A DNA stretch of 63,783 nt, filler included, from Octopus bimaculoides (GCF_001194135.2; 11 parts of 10 records of this genome joined end to end with filler, not necessarily neighbours in it); one strand, 5' to 3'; positions 37,790-51,239 are shown, numbered from the whole stretch's first letter. Numbers and translations are program-made. Notes: generated from the sequence alone by a model not told the origin.

Positions 37790-38700
37790 ACCTCGAAGAG
37801 ATAAAATAGTTGAATTCAGTGGCATTGAACTAAGAATACTATAATGTATTCTTTCAGTTTCTGTAGAGACACTGCTAGTAATGGTAGAAATGTTTTATGT
37901 CGAGTACAAATATATTTTATGAGAGATAATGACAATGAAAGTTTTTCAGGGATAAAAATACTTTTAGATAAAGTCATAGAAATATTTGAAGGTAGGATCT
38001 ACATATCATGTTACAAACCTGGAGCTTTGATATCAATTGAAGCTTACACGAACGGGCAATAACAACTAAAAAGAAAAAAGGACGAACGGGCAATAACAAC
38101 TAAAAAATAAATAAATAAATAAATAAAAGCAGTATCTATTTCAACAACAATGACAACACCATCATCACCACCTTAAGCAACTACGGCTTTAAATACAAAA
38201 GATTACACCCATATCTCGAAAGCCACCCATATCCAATTGTCATTTTGTACTTGACTCAGTAACTTAGAATCAGTTTTTAATATCTTTTATTGTATCTATT
38301 TTTATGCTTTTTGTAGTTCGTTAAAATTGCTGAATAATGTTTGTTAACGCAGAGTTCAGTAGATATAAGGAATTGCTGCTAAAGTACTTATTGTGGTACG
38401 CCTAAAGATTTGAATGAACTAAAATTGAACCCATCGGGACGAAAAAAATTCATCGGCTTCTTGATTAATTTTGGGAAAGAAATTCAGGGGACACTAACCG
38501 GTATCAGGGACATTTTCCCGTGTATGATCTTCGATATGTACGAAAACAACGCTGGCTATGTTTCGGTATCACTAAACATCCTCAAAGAAATACAGTCATT
38601 GTAGTAGTTCCCAGAGGCTAGATAGCTGAAAAACAGTGGGCTCACGAGTTGAATGACTGGGAAGAAATTACCCAGCGACGTCATCTGCGAGATAAATCAG
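37790..38700 (+). mobile_element. Highly decayed piggyBac-like transposase remnant
   Basis: FMRDNDN..IKILLDKVIE..YKPGALISIE (cf. Y.PG..ISIDE), STYCGTPKDLNELKL, RYVRKQRW, IFPCMIFDMYENNAGY. Confidence 0.45.
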
Positions 38701-39489
38701 TTTGTTAAGTTAGTATAAGCATGCGTTATATAGTTAGCTAGACATTTCTGGGAAAGTGTCTGTAGTCTAATCCTTAAATTCTAGTCAAGAAACGAGGAAA
38801 TAACCCTGATGTGTGGTGATAACAACGACGACGACGACGACGACGATAATGATGATGGTGATGATGATGATGATGATGATGAGGAGGAGGAGGAGGAGGA
38901 GGAGGAGGAGGAGATTAATCATGATAGTAACTATGTTGATGAGGATAATAATAATATCAACAACAATAACAATAATAACTAGTAGTACCCGAGGAAATTA
39001 CAGGATTATTTTGAAAATTGTCTGATGAAATTGTCTGATGAAATTGCATATTATTCTGAAACAAGATTCTTGAGAAAATGTAAAAATCTACATTGGCAGT
39101 AGTGACGGGACAATCTACCTACCTACCTACCTACCTACCTACCTACCTACCTACCTACCTACCTACATGCCTACATACCTACATGCCTACATACATACCT
39201 AATTACCTACTTATCTCACCTCCCTATCTACTACCTACCAACTTATCCGTCAACCTATCGACCAACATACATATATACGTACGTATGTATGTATGTATGT
39301 ATGTATGTATGTANNNNNNNNNNNNNNNNNNNNNNNNNNNNNNNNNNNNNNNNNNNNTTAATTAATTAANNNNNNNNNNNNNNNNNNNNNNNNNNNNNNN
39401 NNNNNNNNNNNNNTATATATATATATATATATATATAAGCAATGTTAATTCTCTAAATGAAGTATTAACAGTAACTGCACGATAAAGTG

Positions 39490-39663
39490 TAGTATATTGC
39501 CACTTAAGTGTGGCTGACCCCTAGGGGTGGATGTTACTGTTGCTTTTAGCCCCAGGAGGACATCTCCTCCAGCTGGCTTATCGACACACGACTGTGTCCT
39601 GTTTGCCAAGGGAGTTATCCCTCTCACCTCGGCCAGCAGCACGAACGTATCCGGATTTCAGGG

Positions 39664-39665
<2 letters not shown>
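39490..39665 (-). mobile_element. Diverged copy of the hammerhead-bearing element at 42074-42508 (3' half of the ribozyme retained)
   Basis: Aligns by eye with 42074-42250; minus strand ACCCT-GAA-ATCCGGAT-A-CGTTC; 5' half replaced by (TA)n. Confidence 0.7.
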
Positions 39666-39711
<46 letters not shown>

Positions 39712-40759
39712 TTGTATACATATATACATTTATACCCATATACATGGAAATGTATATATATACCTATATATGTGTGATTAATCATCACTCACTTACACAC
39801 ACTATACATAACCGCACACATTCACATAGAGCCATGTACACGCACATGCTCATATTATGATAAAAAAACAATGGTTTTAGATACAACAAATAAAGCTGTC
39901 TTTATATTTCATCAGTTATCATGATTTCTATCTGCTTTTAGCGACACCGGTAACATCCCACGTTGAAGATTTGTTTGGGCAGAAACCAGCTTCTTCCTGG
40001 GAGGTGTACACAATTCACAACTGATTACATCGGCATGCCGAGGGAGGAGTCAGTCCTAGCAAACTCTAGTGAATCAATACATTTGCAATCGCAACGCAAT
40101 GTGGATGGAAATATTCAAGTGCAGATGAACAAAAGACGGTGATAGTGGCTAGACACAAGGGCACATCACACCATTTCATTTGTGTCTGAACCAAATGAAC
40201 CCTATTTATACTTTCGATATCCACAAAAAGGAAATAAGAAAGTTATAATTTGGCACAACTCCGCAACATAACCTTGAATAACTTTCTGCATGAAACATAG
40301 ATTCTTGAAAATAAGATTAATATTTGAGATTACTTCAGTAAGGTATCTCATAAGCATGTATATTTAGATATGTCGATGTATTACCCATTTTGAGCTTAAG
40401 CAAACTAATCTGTGTCTATTAACGGATAGTTAATTTTTATTAGTATTGAATTCTAAAAAAAATCCCGTTCAATTAGCTTGGTTCTGTACTGATTAGACTC
40501 ACGCTGTGTTACAATGAATACCACCTTAAAATCATCTTATAAAAAATGCCTGAATATTTGTTGTATATATATATATATATATGTTGTAAGGACATTGCAT
40601 GTTCGTATTGAACTGATGAAAAAAAATGAAAATTACCAGATACTTATAAATAGGAAGGAATGAAATATTCCTAACCAGAGACTGAAATCATCGTGTGGAT
40701 GGTTCTGTTCGTTCACCTGATGTAAACTCTTGCTAGAAAGCTTAGAATATCTTCAGCTT

Positions 40760-40820
<61 letters not shown>

Positions 40821-41638
40821 NNNNNNNNNNNNNNNNNNNNNNNNNNNNNNNNNNNNNNNNNNNNNNNNNNNNNNNNNNNNNNNNNNNNNNNNNNNNNNNN
40901 NNNNNNNNNNNNNNNNNNNNNNNNNNNNNNNNNNNNNNNNNNNNNNNNNNNNNNNNNNNNNNNNNNNNNNNNNNNNNNNNNNNNNNNNNNNNNNNNNNNN
41001 NNNNNNNNNNNNNNNNNNNNNNNNNNNNNNNNNNNNNNNNNNNNNNNNNNNNNNNNNNNNNNNNNNNNNNNNNNNNNNNNNNNNNNNNNNNNNNNNNNNN
41101 NNNNNNNNNNNNNNNNNNNNNNNNNNNNNNNNNNNNNNNNNNNNNNNNNNNNNNNNNNNNNNNNNNNNNNNNNNNNNNNNNNNNNNNNNNNNNNNNNNNN
41201 NNNNNNNNNNNNNNNNNNNNNNNNNNNNNNNNNNNNNNNNNNNNNNNNNNNNNNNNNNNNNNNNNNNNNNNNNNNNNNNNNNNNNNNNNNNNNNNNNNNN
41301 NNNNNNNNNNNNNNNNNNNNNNNNNNNNNNNNNNNNNNNNNNNNNNNNNNNNNNNNNNNNNNNNNNNNNNNNNNNNNNNNNNNNNNNNNNNNNNNNNNNN
41401 NNNNNNNNNNNNNNNNNNNNNNNNNNNNNNNNNNNNNNNNNNNNNNNNNNNNNNNNNNNNNNNNNNNNNNNNNNNNNNNNNNNNNNNNNNNNNNNNNNNN
41501 NNNNNNNNNNNNNNNNNNNNNNNNNNNNNNNNNNNNNNNNNNNNNNNNNNNNNNNNNNNNNNNNNNNNNNNNNNNNNNNNNNNNNNGTACTAGTTGAGTA
41601 CATGTGTCTAGAAAATATTATTATTATTGTTGTTGTTG

Positions 41639-41676
<38 letters not shown>

Positions 41677-41688
41677 GTTATTATTGTT

Positions 41689-41748
<60 letters not shown>

Positions 41749-41766
41749 TGTTATTATTATTATTTT

Positions 41767-42008
41767 TCAGTAGTTTTATTTTTATAACGTGCTTTCACTT
41801 CACTACCGAGCGCAGCTCTGTGTGCCTTGGGTATGTGCTGTGGTTTGCTGTGATGCTCTTATTGTTACTGTATTGAAAGTGTTTTGTGTAGGATGTGTGC
41901 AGTGCCCAGTAGTGCAATTTTCTGTATGTTATATATATTTGTAAGTCCCGGTGTTTTTCTTATGTATTTGTCTGAATATTTTATCATCACACCTAAGGCG
42001 CCTACTAT
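41767..42008 (-). mobile_element. 5'-truncated Dong/R4-like LINE in (ATT)n
   Basis: VGALGVMIKYSDKYIRKTPGLTNIYNIQKIALLGTAHILHKTLSIQ* plus the same 3' UTR as 3993-4402. Confidence 0.9.
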
Positions 42009-42012
42009 GATG

Positions 42013-42066
<54 letters not shown>

Positions 42067-42073
42067 TCGTGAA

Positions 42074-42508
42074 GTATATTTTCCACTTAAATGTGGTTAA
42101 CCCTTAAGAGTGGATGCTACTGTATCTTGTAGCCCCAGGAAGACATCTCCTCAGCTGGCTATTGACACACTTTCTGTGCCTTATCAGTATTTGCAAAGGG
42201 AGTCATCCTTCCTATCTTCAACCTCACGCGATACACGCGGACCCGGGTTTCTGGACCTGTGTGACAATCACTGGTTGTCGATGTGAAGTGCTTTCCTGAT
42301 GCAAATATATATATCCTTTTCCCAACACGCTGATGACGGGTCAATACTCAGAAACCCGGGTCCGTGTGTATCACGGCAGTTTGAAGATGGGAAGGATGAC
42401 TTTTTTTTGCAAATACTGATAGGGCACAGAAAGCGTGTCAATAGCCGGCTAGAGGAGATGTTTTCCTGGGGCTACAAGCTACAGTAGCATCCACCATTAA
42501 GGTCTAGC
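42074..42508. mobile_element. Head-to-head inverted pair of a non-coding, hammerhead-bearing repeat unit of about 190 bp (Penelope terminal-repeat or retrozyme-like)
   Basis: 42105-42253 is the reverse complement of 42349-42500 with scattered mismatches; the right arm runs into a gap. Confidence 0.8.
42325..42367 (+). ncRNA. Minimal type-I hammerhead ribozyme with intact core
   Basis: ACACG-CTGATGA-C-GGGT(CAAT)ACTC-A-GAA-ACCCGGGT-C-CGTGT. All core residues present, 5-bp stem I, perfect 8-nt palindromic stem III, GUC triplet. Confidence 0.82.
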
Positions 42509-44262
42509 NNNNNNNNNNNNNNNNNNNNNNNNNNNNNNNNNNNNNNNNNNNNNNNNNNNNNNNNNNNNNNNNNNNNNNNNNNNNNNNNNNNNNNNNNNNN
42601 NNNNNNNNNNNNNNNNNNNNNNNNNNNNNNNNNNNNNNNNNNNNNNNNNNNNNNNNNNNNNNNNNNNNNNNNNNNNNNNNNNNNNNNNNNNNNNNNNNNN
42701 NNNNNNNNNNNNNNNNNNNNNNNNNNNNNNNNNNNNNNNNNNNNNNNNNNNNNNNNNNNNNNNNNNNNNNNNNNNNNNNNNNNNNNNNNNNNNNNNNNNN
42801 NNNNNNNNNNNNNNNNNNNNNNNNNNNNNNNNNNNNNNNNNNNNNNNNNNNNNNNNNNNNNNNNNNNNNNNNNNNNNNNNNNNNNNNNNNNNNNNNNNNN
42901 NNNNNNNNNNNNNNNNNNNNNNNNNNNNNNNNNNNNNNNNNNNNNNNNNNNNNNNNNNNNNNNNNNNNNNNNNNNNNNNNNNNNNNNNNNNNNNNNNNNN
43001 NNNNNNNNNNNNNNNNNNNNNNNNNNNNNNNNNNNNNNNNNNNNNNNNNNNNNNNNNNNNNNNNNNNNNNNNNNNNNNNNNNNNNNNNNNNNNNNNNNNN
43101 NNNNNNNNNNNNNNNNNNNNNNNNNNNNNNNNNNNNNNNNNNNNNNNNNNNNNNNTGTGTCTGTGTGTGTGTGTGTGTGTGTGTTATTTGAAACGACACA
43201 GAAAATTATTTCTTGCAGGAAACTGTGGCTCGATATTAAATTTGAAATATTGAATGAAATTAATTGCATTTATTTACAACTCAAGTTCCTTTAGATAATG
43301 TAATATTCTATTTCCAACTCATTTAACATATATCAGCTTTGTGTCAAATGAACGCTGACGCTGGGTGTAACATAGCGGTTACCGTCTTATAAAACATAGT
43401 TTAGAAATAGAGTATCTGAATCTGTACTATTTGCACATACAAATATAACGTATAACAATCACATACCAAGCATTCATAGACATACATATTGTGAATACAC
43501 ACGCTAATGAAGAGATTAGTAACCCGGAAAATTATACTCTTATCAACCTAGCCATTACCAATATGGGTTATTTGAGGCGTGGCTATTGATAGTTGCAAAC
43601 TATTCGTATTAATTTTATAAAAAAGGTAATGGGAGAAAGAGAAGCATACTTAGATAAACAGCTCTTTATGTTTTGTGTCGACTTGGTTTTTCGTTTCTCC
43701 ATATTCGATAAAATAATTGCCAAAGTTGTCATGACAACTATTTCCATACTTCAAATTCTGTGCCCTTGAACCAATGTCGTAGCTAAATATCAGAAGAAAA
43801 AGAAAAAAAACAAAACAAAAAAAAACATATTTTCAAGGGAAATATAGTTTGTGCCATTTTCATTACTGCCAATCTAAAACAGCAAAGGAATTATATCGAA
43901 AAATTAATATNNNNNNNNNNNNNNNNNNNNNNNNNNNNNNNNNNNNNNNNNNNNNNNNNNNNNNNNNNNNNNNNNNNNNNNNNNNNNNNNNNNNNNNNNN
44001 NNNNNNNNNNNNNNNNNNNNNNNNNNNNNNNNNNNNNNNNNNNNNNNNNNNNNNNNNNNNNNNNNNNNNNNNNNNNNNNNNNNNNNNNNNNNNNNNNNNN
44101 NNNNNNNNNNNNNNNNNNNNNNNNNNNNNNNNNNNNNNNNNNNNNNNNNNNNNNNNNNNNNNNNNNNNNNNNNNNNNNNNNNNNNNNNNNNNNNNNNNNN
44201 NNNNNNNNNNNNNNNNNNNNNNNNNNNNNNNNNNNNNNNNNNNNNNNNNNNNNNNATATATA

Positions 44263-44298
<36 letters not shown>

Positions 44299-44854
44299 TA
44301 TGTATGTATGTATTTGTGCGTATTTCTATATGTATGCATACATTGGTGTGTATGCGTGTGCATATATTTGTGAACTGAAGCGTCTATGCTTTAAGTGTCC
44401 CGCCCAGAAACATTATATAATGCCTGTATCATACTTGAACAATTTAGTTATTTTATTACCTTATTCAATTAAGCATTTCAAATTTATAGAGGTAAATACA
44501 TTTACAGTATTATGTTGAACAACAATTATTTGTCTAAAATTATTATTTGAATAAAATGATTTTATGCATTGTTTGGAATGAATACAATAACTAAAGATCT
44601 TTTAATTTATTTTATCACCAGGCAATGAGGAAATATTTAAAGATAGTATTTGTGAAGAACATGTAGCGATAAAATGCAATGAAAAACAGAAAAATAACAA
44701 TTTAAACATATCTAAACTTGCGTACATCTAACATTTGATATTAAACAACACTCTGAGGAACTTAAAATACCAAAACTATCTCCAACATATTGCATTACTA
44801 CCGTAACTAGGTCAATGTTTTCATGATAGTAGTAGTAGTAATAATATTTATTTC

Positions 44855-45070
44855 TATATTGCCCACTAGGGGCTAATCATGGAGGGGACAAACAAGGACA
44901 TACAAAGGGATTAAGTCGATTACAGTGCATAAATGGTAATTGTTTAATCAACCCCAAGAGGATGAAAGGCAAAGTCGACCTCGGTGGAATTTGAACACAG
45001 AATATAACGGCAGACGAAAACCCACTAAGCATTTCGCCCGGTGTGCTAATGATTCTGCCACCACGCCGTA
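44855..45070 (-). mobile_element. SINE family B
   Basis: Matches 53581-53812. Confidence 0.9.
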
Positions 45071-45910
45071 TTGTAGTAATAATAATATTAATAATGATAA
45101 TAATATACATATTTTATCTTGGCATAAAAGATGGACTACAGCAAATATTCAGCTCAATACCACAGATTTGCTTGTCAGTTGCGTTACCTTAACCAGTTGA
45201 GCATGTCCCTTCGTGGCTGACAATGTGCATCGCTGATCACGTGCAGGAGTAGTGGAGTTCATCATAGCCATGTATTGAGAAGAATTATTTAGTGTTTGAA
45301 TAATGGGTATTTGTTCATTATCCTTAAACCAACCTTATTCAGGGACCGAAAATTGTCAGATTCCAATCCTACCACATTGGCGGATAAAGGTCCACGCTTC
45401 ATTGACACAATATACTAATTAAACTTAACTGAACCCATAATGGAACATTTAATTCCTCGGTGACATCCTACGCGGGACTACAAACGAATGAACGTCGTAT
45501 TATATATTATAGTCTGTCACTATTGAATGCAGCTCTTAACTAAGCCAGCATGTGGAACCTACTGACAGCTAGATGAACTGAACGTCACCCCCACACGCGC
45601 ACACCCCCACACCCACACACGCACAATCACACTTAGACACACAAACAGAAACACAGACGCACACACACACATATAATTCAGAGACCGAGATGTAGAAAGA
45701 AACAATCCGTTGTAAATACATACATACATACATACATACAATCCGTTGTAAATATAAAAAAACAATTTCAGTTTTATTTTCGTATCGAAGTACAATATTC
45801 GGTTTTGCTAGTAAGTGGGATATCCTTAAACCATAAGTTTAAACTGAAAAAGTTCTTTTTATATTTAACGGTAGGCGACCAGGGTGACGGAGTGTGCGAA
45901 TAAGAATAGA

Positions 45911-46010
45911 AGAGTTAAGGAATGATCATTTCCTGGCCTTCCACACAGTTAGCGTTCTCTAGTGAACAACAACTGTGTAGAAGGCACGAAAATAGCCATT
46001 CCTTAACTCT
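45911..46010 (-). other. 100-nt imperfect hairpin (40-bp arms, 20-nt loop), pre-miRNA-like or MITE-like
   Basis: 33 of 40 Watson-Crick pairs; four of the seven mismatches become G-U on the minus strand. Confidence 0.6.
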
Positions 46011-46012
46011 CG

Positions 46013-46057
<45 letters not shown>

Positions 46058-46704
46058 CTTCTAACGGACGTGCTGTCACATCGGCTGCAGAGGTAAACGT
46101 TTATTTGACCATTTATTGTCCACATTTTGTTGGAATTTTTAAATATTTTTGTTGCGAAGCACCTAGGCTTCATTTTTGTGTATTTTCAAGGGCAGGAATT
46201 GGCCCCAAAGGGCAGTTTCGGCCCTAGCAAAATACAAAAATTTCCTTCTCGACATTTTTCAAATGTCGAGAAACATAATTTTGGAACGCTTGTCTTGTTC
46301 TTTTGACGAGCATTTCCCGAGGCTTCAGATGCTAGAAGAAAAAAAAGAACAGAGTAGCGAGTGCTCACTCAGTGATAGGAACGCAGCTGCTGTAAACGTC
46401 ACAAAGACGGCGATTACAGCTACAAACAGCCCTCTCACCACCACCACCACCACCACCACCATGAAAACNNNNNNNNNNNNNNNNNNNNNNNNNNNNNNNN
46501 NNNNNNNNNNNNTTAATTAATTAANNNNNNNNNNNNNNNNNNNNNNNNNNNNNNNNNNNNNNNNNNNNATATATATCAACAGAAGATTGGCGCTATTTAT
46601 TCGCTATTTATTCGTACGATCGTGAGCCGACCACAGAAACGACAAAGCCACGCGCCTTCATACACACACAAAAACATACATATGCATAAATATCCATACA
46701 TGCA

Positions 46705-46744
<40 letters not shown>

Positions 46745-47260
46745 CAGTTCAAAGAATTCTACTGGCAATAGCACATTTGCAGTTGGTTACTTCAAAGAGA
46801 TGTTTTAGCTCTCTTTGAAAACCTACTGCCCTTCGATTAACACACGGCCGCAGGTTAGGACAGATATTTAGTTACAAAACACGCATTACGCAAGAGAGAC
46901 AAGAAACAAATTGAGTTTGCGTCACGTCTTGAGAAGAAATATTCCTCTTTTCACTGTGTAATGTCATATGTAAAGGAAGTTGGTAAGATCATATTTCATC
47001 AAATATATTAAACATAGCTTAGTGCAATAATTTACAGTATGAACCGAAAGTATGATGCAATACTGGATTTCACAGGAACGAATACCCCGTAATTATTTCA
47101 TAGAGTTTCTAGGAGACGGAAAACGAGACGGTGGAAGCTAAATGCTACTTTCTGAATGATTGGTGAGAGAACCATAAGAAAGCATTTCCAGACTGAAATC
47201 AGAATCTGATCTGATATTTGGTAACATAAACATCGAAGCTATACATGGTTACGAACAAGC

Positions 47261-47294
<34 letters not shown>

Positions 47295-47375
47295 TCTGCA
47301 TGTATGTACGCATGCATGCAAGTATGTATGTATGTATGTATGTATGTATGTATGTATGTATGTATGTATGTATGA

Positions 47376-47450
<75 letters not shown>

Positions 47451-47934
47451 ATCGAGGAGGAGTAGAAATGAAAATTGAAATTCTCTCAGGTGTTATGATA
47501 TACAGACAATAAATTATTCGCAGAGAAAGTTATGTTCTTGTTTCTTCAGCAATTGCTGATGCGGTTGTAATGCTGGGGAAATTGAAAATTCATACCGCCA
47601 TCAACGTAAATGATTAATTTGAGAGAAGAAAAATGATTCATGAGGAGAAATAAATCGCATCCTTTATTTAGATATCTCTTAATTTATCTATCACAACTCT
47701 TGCCCAATATCTCCCGCACTCATTTTTTTCTATCATCTCTCTTTCACTCATATATATGTATATATATATGAATGTATGTATGTATTATGTGTGTATGTAT
47801 ATATGTATGTATGTATGTATGCATGCATGCATATATTCATGTACACTCATACATACATATAAATATAAATAGATAGATTGATATATTAAGTTAACGATAA
47901 ATACATGAATGCGTATATAATCAGTAATCGAGAA

Positions 47935-47973
<39 letters not shown>

Positions 47974-50068
47974 ATGTGTATCTACACACATATATGGGTG
48001 CGTGCATGCGTGGGTATGAATTTCGTATGTAAAATCAGCATGATGTGTGTTTGTGTTTATGTTTGTATAACGTACGTATGTACTTAAAGTCAAGTAATAT
48101 GAGATGAACATTATATACTTGCATACATACATATATGTATATGTATGTATATTAGTATATATGAATTTATATATACGCACAAGCACACACTCACACATAC
48201 ACACACACATATATATATATATATATATGTATATATGTGTATACGTATATGTATATACATGTGTTGCGTTCGTGTGTGTATGCGTGTTTGAAAGAATATA
48301 ATATTTAATATATCTGAGTTGATTTGTATTCAAGAATTAAATAGCTGAAATACTATATAAATATAATACTGACAAGAGTGAAGGGAGATATACGATTTAG
48401 TAAAAAAAAAAACATGTTATGAGAAATATATGCAAACAATTCTTGTCCAATCAACAGAATGAGAATAACGTATTTTTGGAGTGCCAGGTATTTATAAATG
48501 GTAACGAAATAAACCAGATATACAGTGAAATAGAGAATACTTTTAGGACAAAATTAAATCGTGAATCAATATTTATTTACTCCAGAATGATTGACAGCAT
48601 TGTTAATGTAAATGTAATTATATTTAAAACTGAATAACCATTGCTTTGTAGGTATGTACCTGTGTGTGCGGGTTCGTCTGTTTTGTGTATGAGTGTGTTA
48701 GAAGCATTAATCCGTATTTTAGTCGCACACTATTTCCCTCGGATGGATATGAATTCTCTTTCGCTGACAGAGTTCGTATTTATTTAGGTATTTATTTATT
48801 TGCTTGTTTCTTTGTTCATATATTTTATAAATGATGGCTTGTATATCACTGGTCGTACGACAAATAACACTTTTATCAGAGTCGCAACGTTTGGTTCAGT
48901 TTTGTTAAATGTCGATGGAATTTGTTCCTCGCTAACAGCAGTTTCTCATATCACTCGTAGTCTTGGAAGCAATAAATCTAGCATTCCTATACAACGAAAT
49001 TATATACTCACATGAACTTTTCAGGAAATAGTACGAATACTTCTTGCTCATACTATTTGAAAAACTTAAAATGAACACTTTTAGAAAAAACGTATTTTCT
49101 AGGCGAAGTAACAACATTCAACAGAGACAATGTTCTCTGAAATATTGCACAGAAAAATCAGTTAACAATGTGTATTTAGAATAACGAGTCTTCTAAAAAG
49201 ATATAAAATATGATTAATATATCTCACCAGTTTAAATAGATGTAACTACAGTCACACAATAGATTTTGCTCAAATTGATAAAGACTTCTAAAAAAGCAAC
49301 GACTTCTACTGGTTTTTCAGCAGAAACATGACAAATGTAATGAACTGTGAATTATTTTTTATGATCAGACGTAAATTCTAATGGACGCAAGATTATTACA
49401 TTAGAAATCTCTCATGTATACGGTTCTAACATGATTAGTAACATAGATGACTATAATTTGTAAATACTTCTCATAAAGCAACATCAACAAATTCTCCAGC
49501 AAAAATCGTTGAATGGTTTGGCAGTTAGAGTCGTTGGTATTGTGTATAATTCCCGAATAATCCAGTATAAACAGCTGCAACAAGATACTATAACAGCGAT
49601 AATACTATATAAGTAAAAGGTGGTTCAATGACTTGTAGGTAATGTGGCTTTCAACTCCTACTTTAGGAGAGGCGAACGTCATATACATAAATTCATACAT
49701 ACAAACAAACACACAAACATACGTACATATATATATATATATATATATATANNNNNNNNNNNNNNNNNNNNNNNNNNNNNNNNNNNNNNNNNNNNNNNNN
49801 NNNNNNNNNNNNNNNNNNNNNNNNNNNNNNNNNNNNNNNNNNNNNNNNNNNNNNNNNNNNNNNNNNNNNNNNNNNNNNNNNNNNNNNNNNNNNNNNNNNN
49901 NNNNNNNNNNNNNNNNNNNNNNNNNNNNNNNNNNNNNNNNNNNNNNNNNNNNNNNNNNNNNNNNNNNNNNNNNNNNNNNNNNNNNNNNNNNNNNNNNNNN
50001 NNNNNNNNNNNNNNNNNNNNNNNNNNNNNNNNNNNNNNNNNNNNNNNNNNNNNNNNNNNNNNNNNNNN

Positions 50069-50107
<39 letters not shown>

Positions 50108-50120
50108 CACACGCACACAC

Positions 50121-50504
50121 AGTGGCTGTGTGGTAAGTAGCTTGCTTACCAAACACATGGTTCCGGGTTCATTCCCACTGCGTGGCACCTTGGGCAAGTG
50201 TCTTCTACTATAGCCTCGAGCCAACCAAAGCCTTGTGAATGGATTTGGTAGGCGGAAACTGGAAGACGTCCGTCGTATATATGTATATTTATATATATGT
50301 ATGTGCGTGCATATGTTTGTGTCTGTGTGTATCCCTCCAACATCGCTTGACAACTGACGCTGTTGTGTTTACGTCCCCGTAACTTAGCGCTTCGGCAAAA
50401 GTACTATCTTCCAAAGAATAAGTCCTGCGGTCGATTTACCCGACTAAAGGCGGTGCTCCAGCATGGCTGCAGTCAAATGACAGAAAAAAGTAAAAGAGTA
50501 AAAT
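50121..50504 (+). mobile_element. SINE family A
   Basis: Head-to-tail match to other copies. Confidence 0.92.
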
Positions 50505-50854
50505 AGTATATATATATATAATAGTGCACGTTACCAAAATCCACTCCAAATCCTTGCAACAGTATGAGTGTGAATGAATGTAGGACTGGTTAGCAGTTAT
50601 CTGAAACGTACGTAGGAACTGTATTCGCAATACCATTGACTTCATTGTATACGTTATATATAGGAAATATATAATGTACTCATATACGTACATACATACA
50701 CGCATATATGCATAAGTAGGTACTTACATACATCCATACATATATACAAACATACATGCATACATACATGCATCCATACATACATACATACATACATACA
50801 TACATACATACATACATGGGATAACTACGGACGATTGCTTCGAAAACACCATAT

Positions 50855-51030
50855 TATATATTCACCATTTATAACAATATCAACAGATGCATCTGGTTTT
50901 GTGAGCAAATGCCTCACTGACATTCTTGATAAGCTAGGGTTTTCAGAAAAAGAAATCAACTAGCCAATCTGTACGTTAAAAATATAACCTGTAAGTGGAA
51001 CAATAAAAATATGTAAGACTTTTCGCAAGT
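50855..51030 (+). mobile_element. Possible REL-type non-LTR retrotransposon C-terminal fragment
   Basis: FITISTDASGFVSKCLTDILDKLG..VSGTIKICKTF resembles R2/NeSL/R4-group C-termini. Confidence 0.35.
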
Positions 51031-51208
51031 TTAGAATGTGGGCTTGCTTTTATTACCTACATTCCAACGACGAGGCTTTGTATCTTTATTAGAAACTTGA
51101 TTCTTCCTTAGAGGAAGATTTGAATTAAGTAAAAATATAAGGAAATATATCAACATACATACACACATGCATCTACACATACATACATACATACATACAC
51201 ACGCACAC

Positions 51209-51239
<31 letters not shown>

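Noticed and set aside
39020-39075. CTGATGA..GAAA hammerhead-like spacing
   Set aside because: No credible stem II, no U at 16.1, no stem I; CTGATGA arises from a short tandem duplication.
39940-40145. Unique GC-moderate stretch with an ORF of about 60 codons (..MPREESVLANSSES..)
   Set aside because: No consistent acceptor, frame and donor combination and no recognisable motif.
40715-40750. CTGATGT..GAAAGCTT hammerhead-like motif
   Set aside because: A9 missing, no stem II, weak stem I.
47113-47162. Possible exon ETENETVEAKCYFLNDW
   Set aside because: Plausible splice signals but too short to assign without a search.
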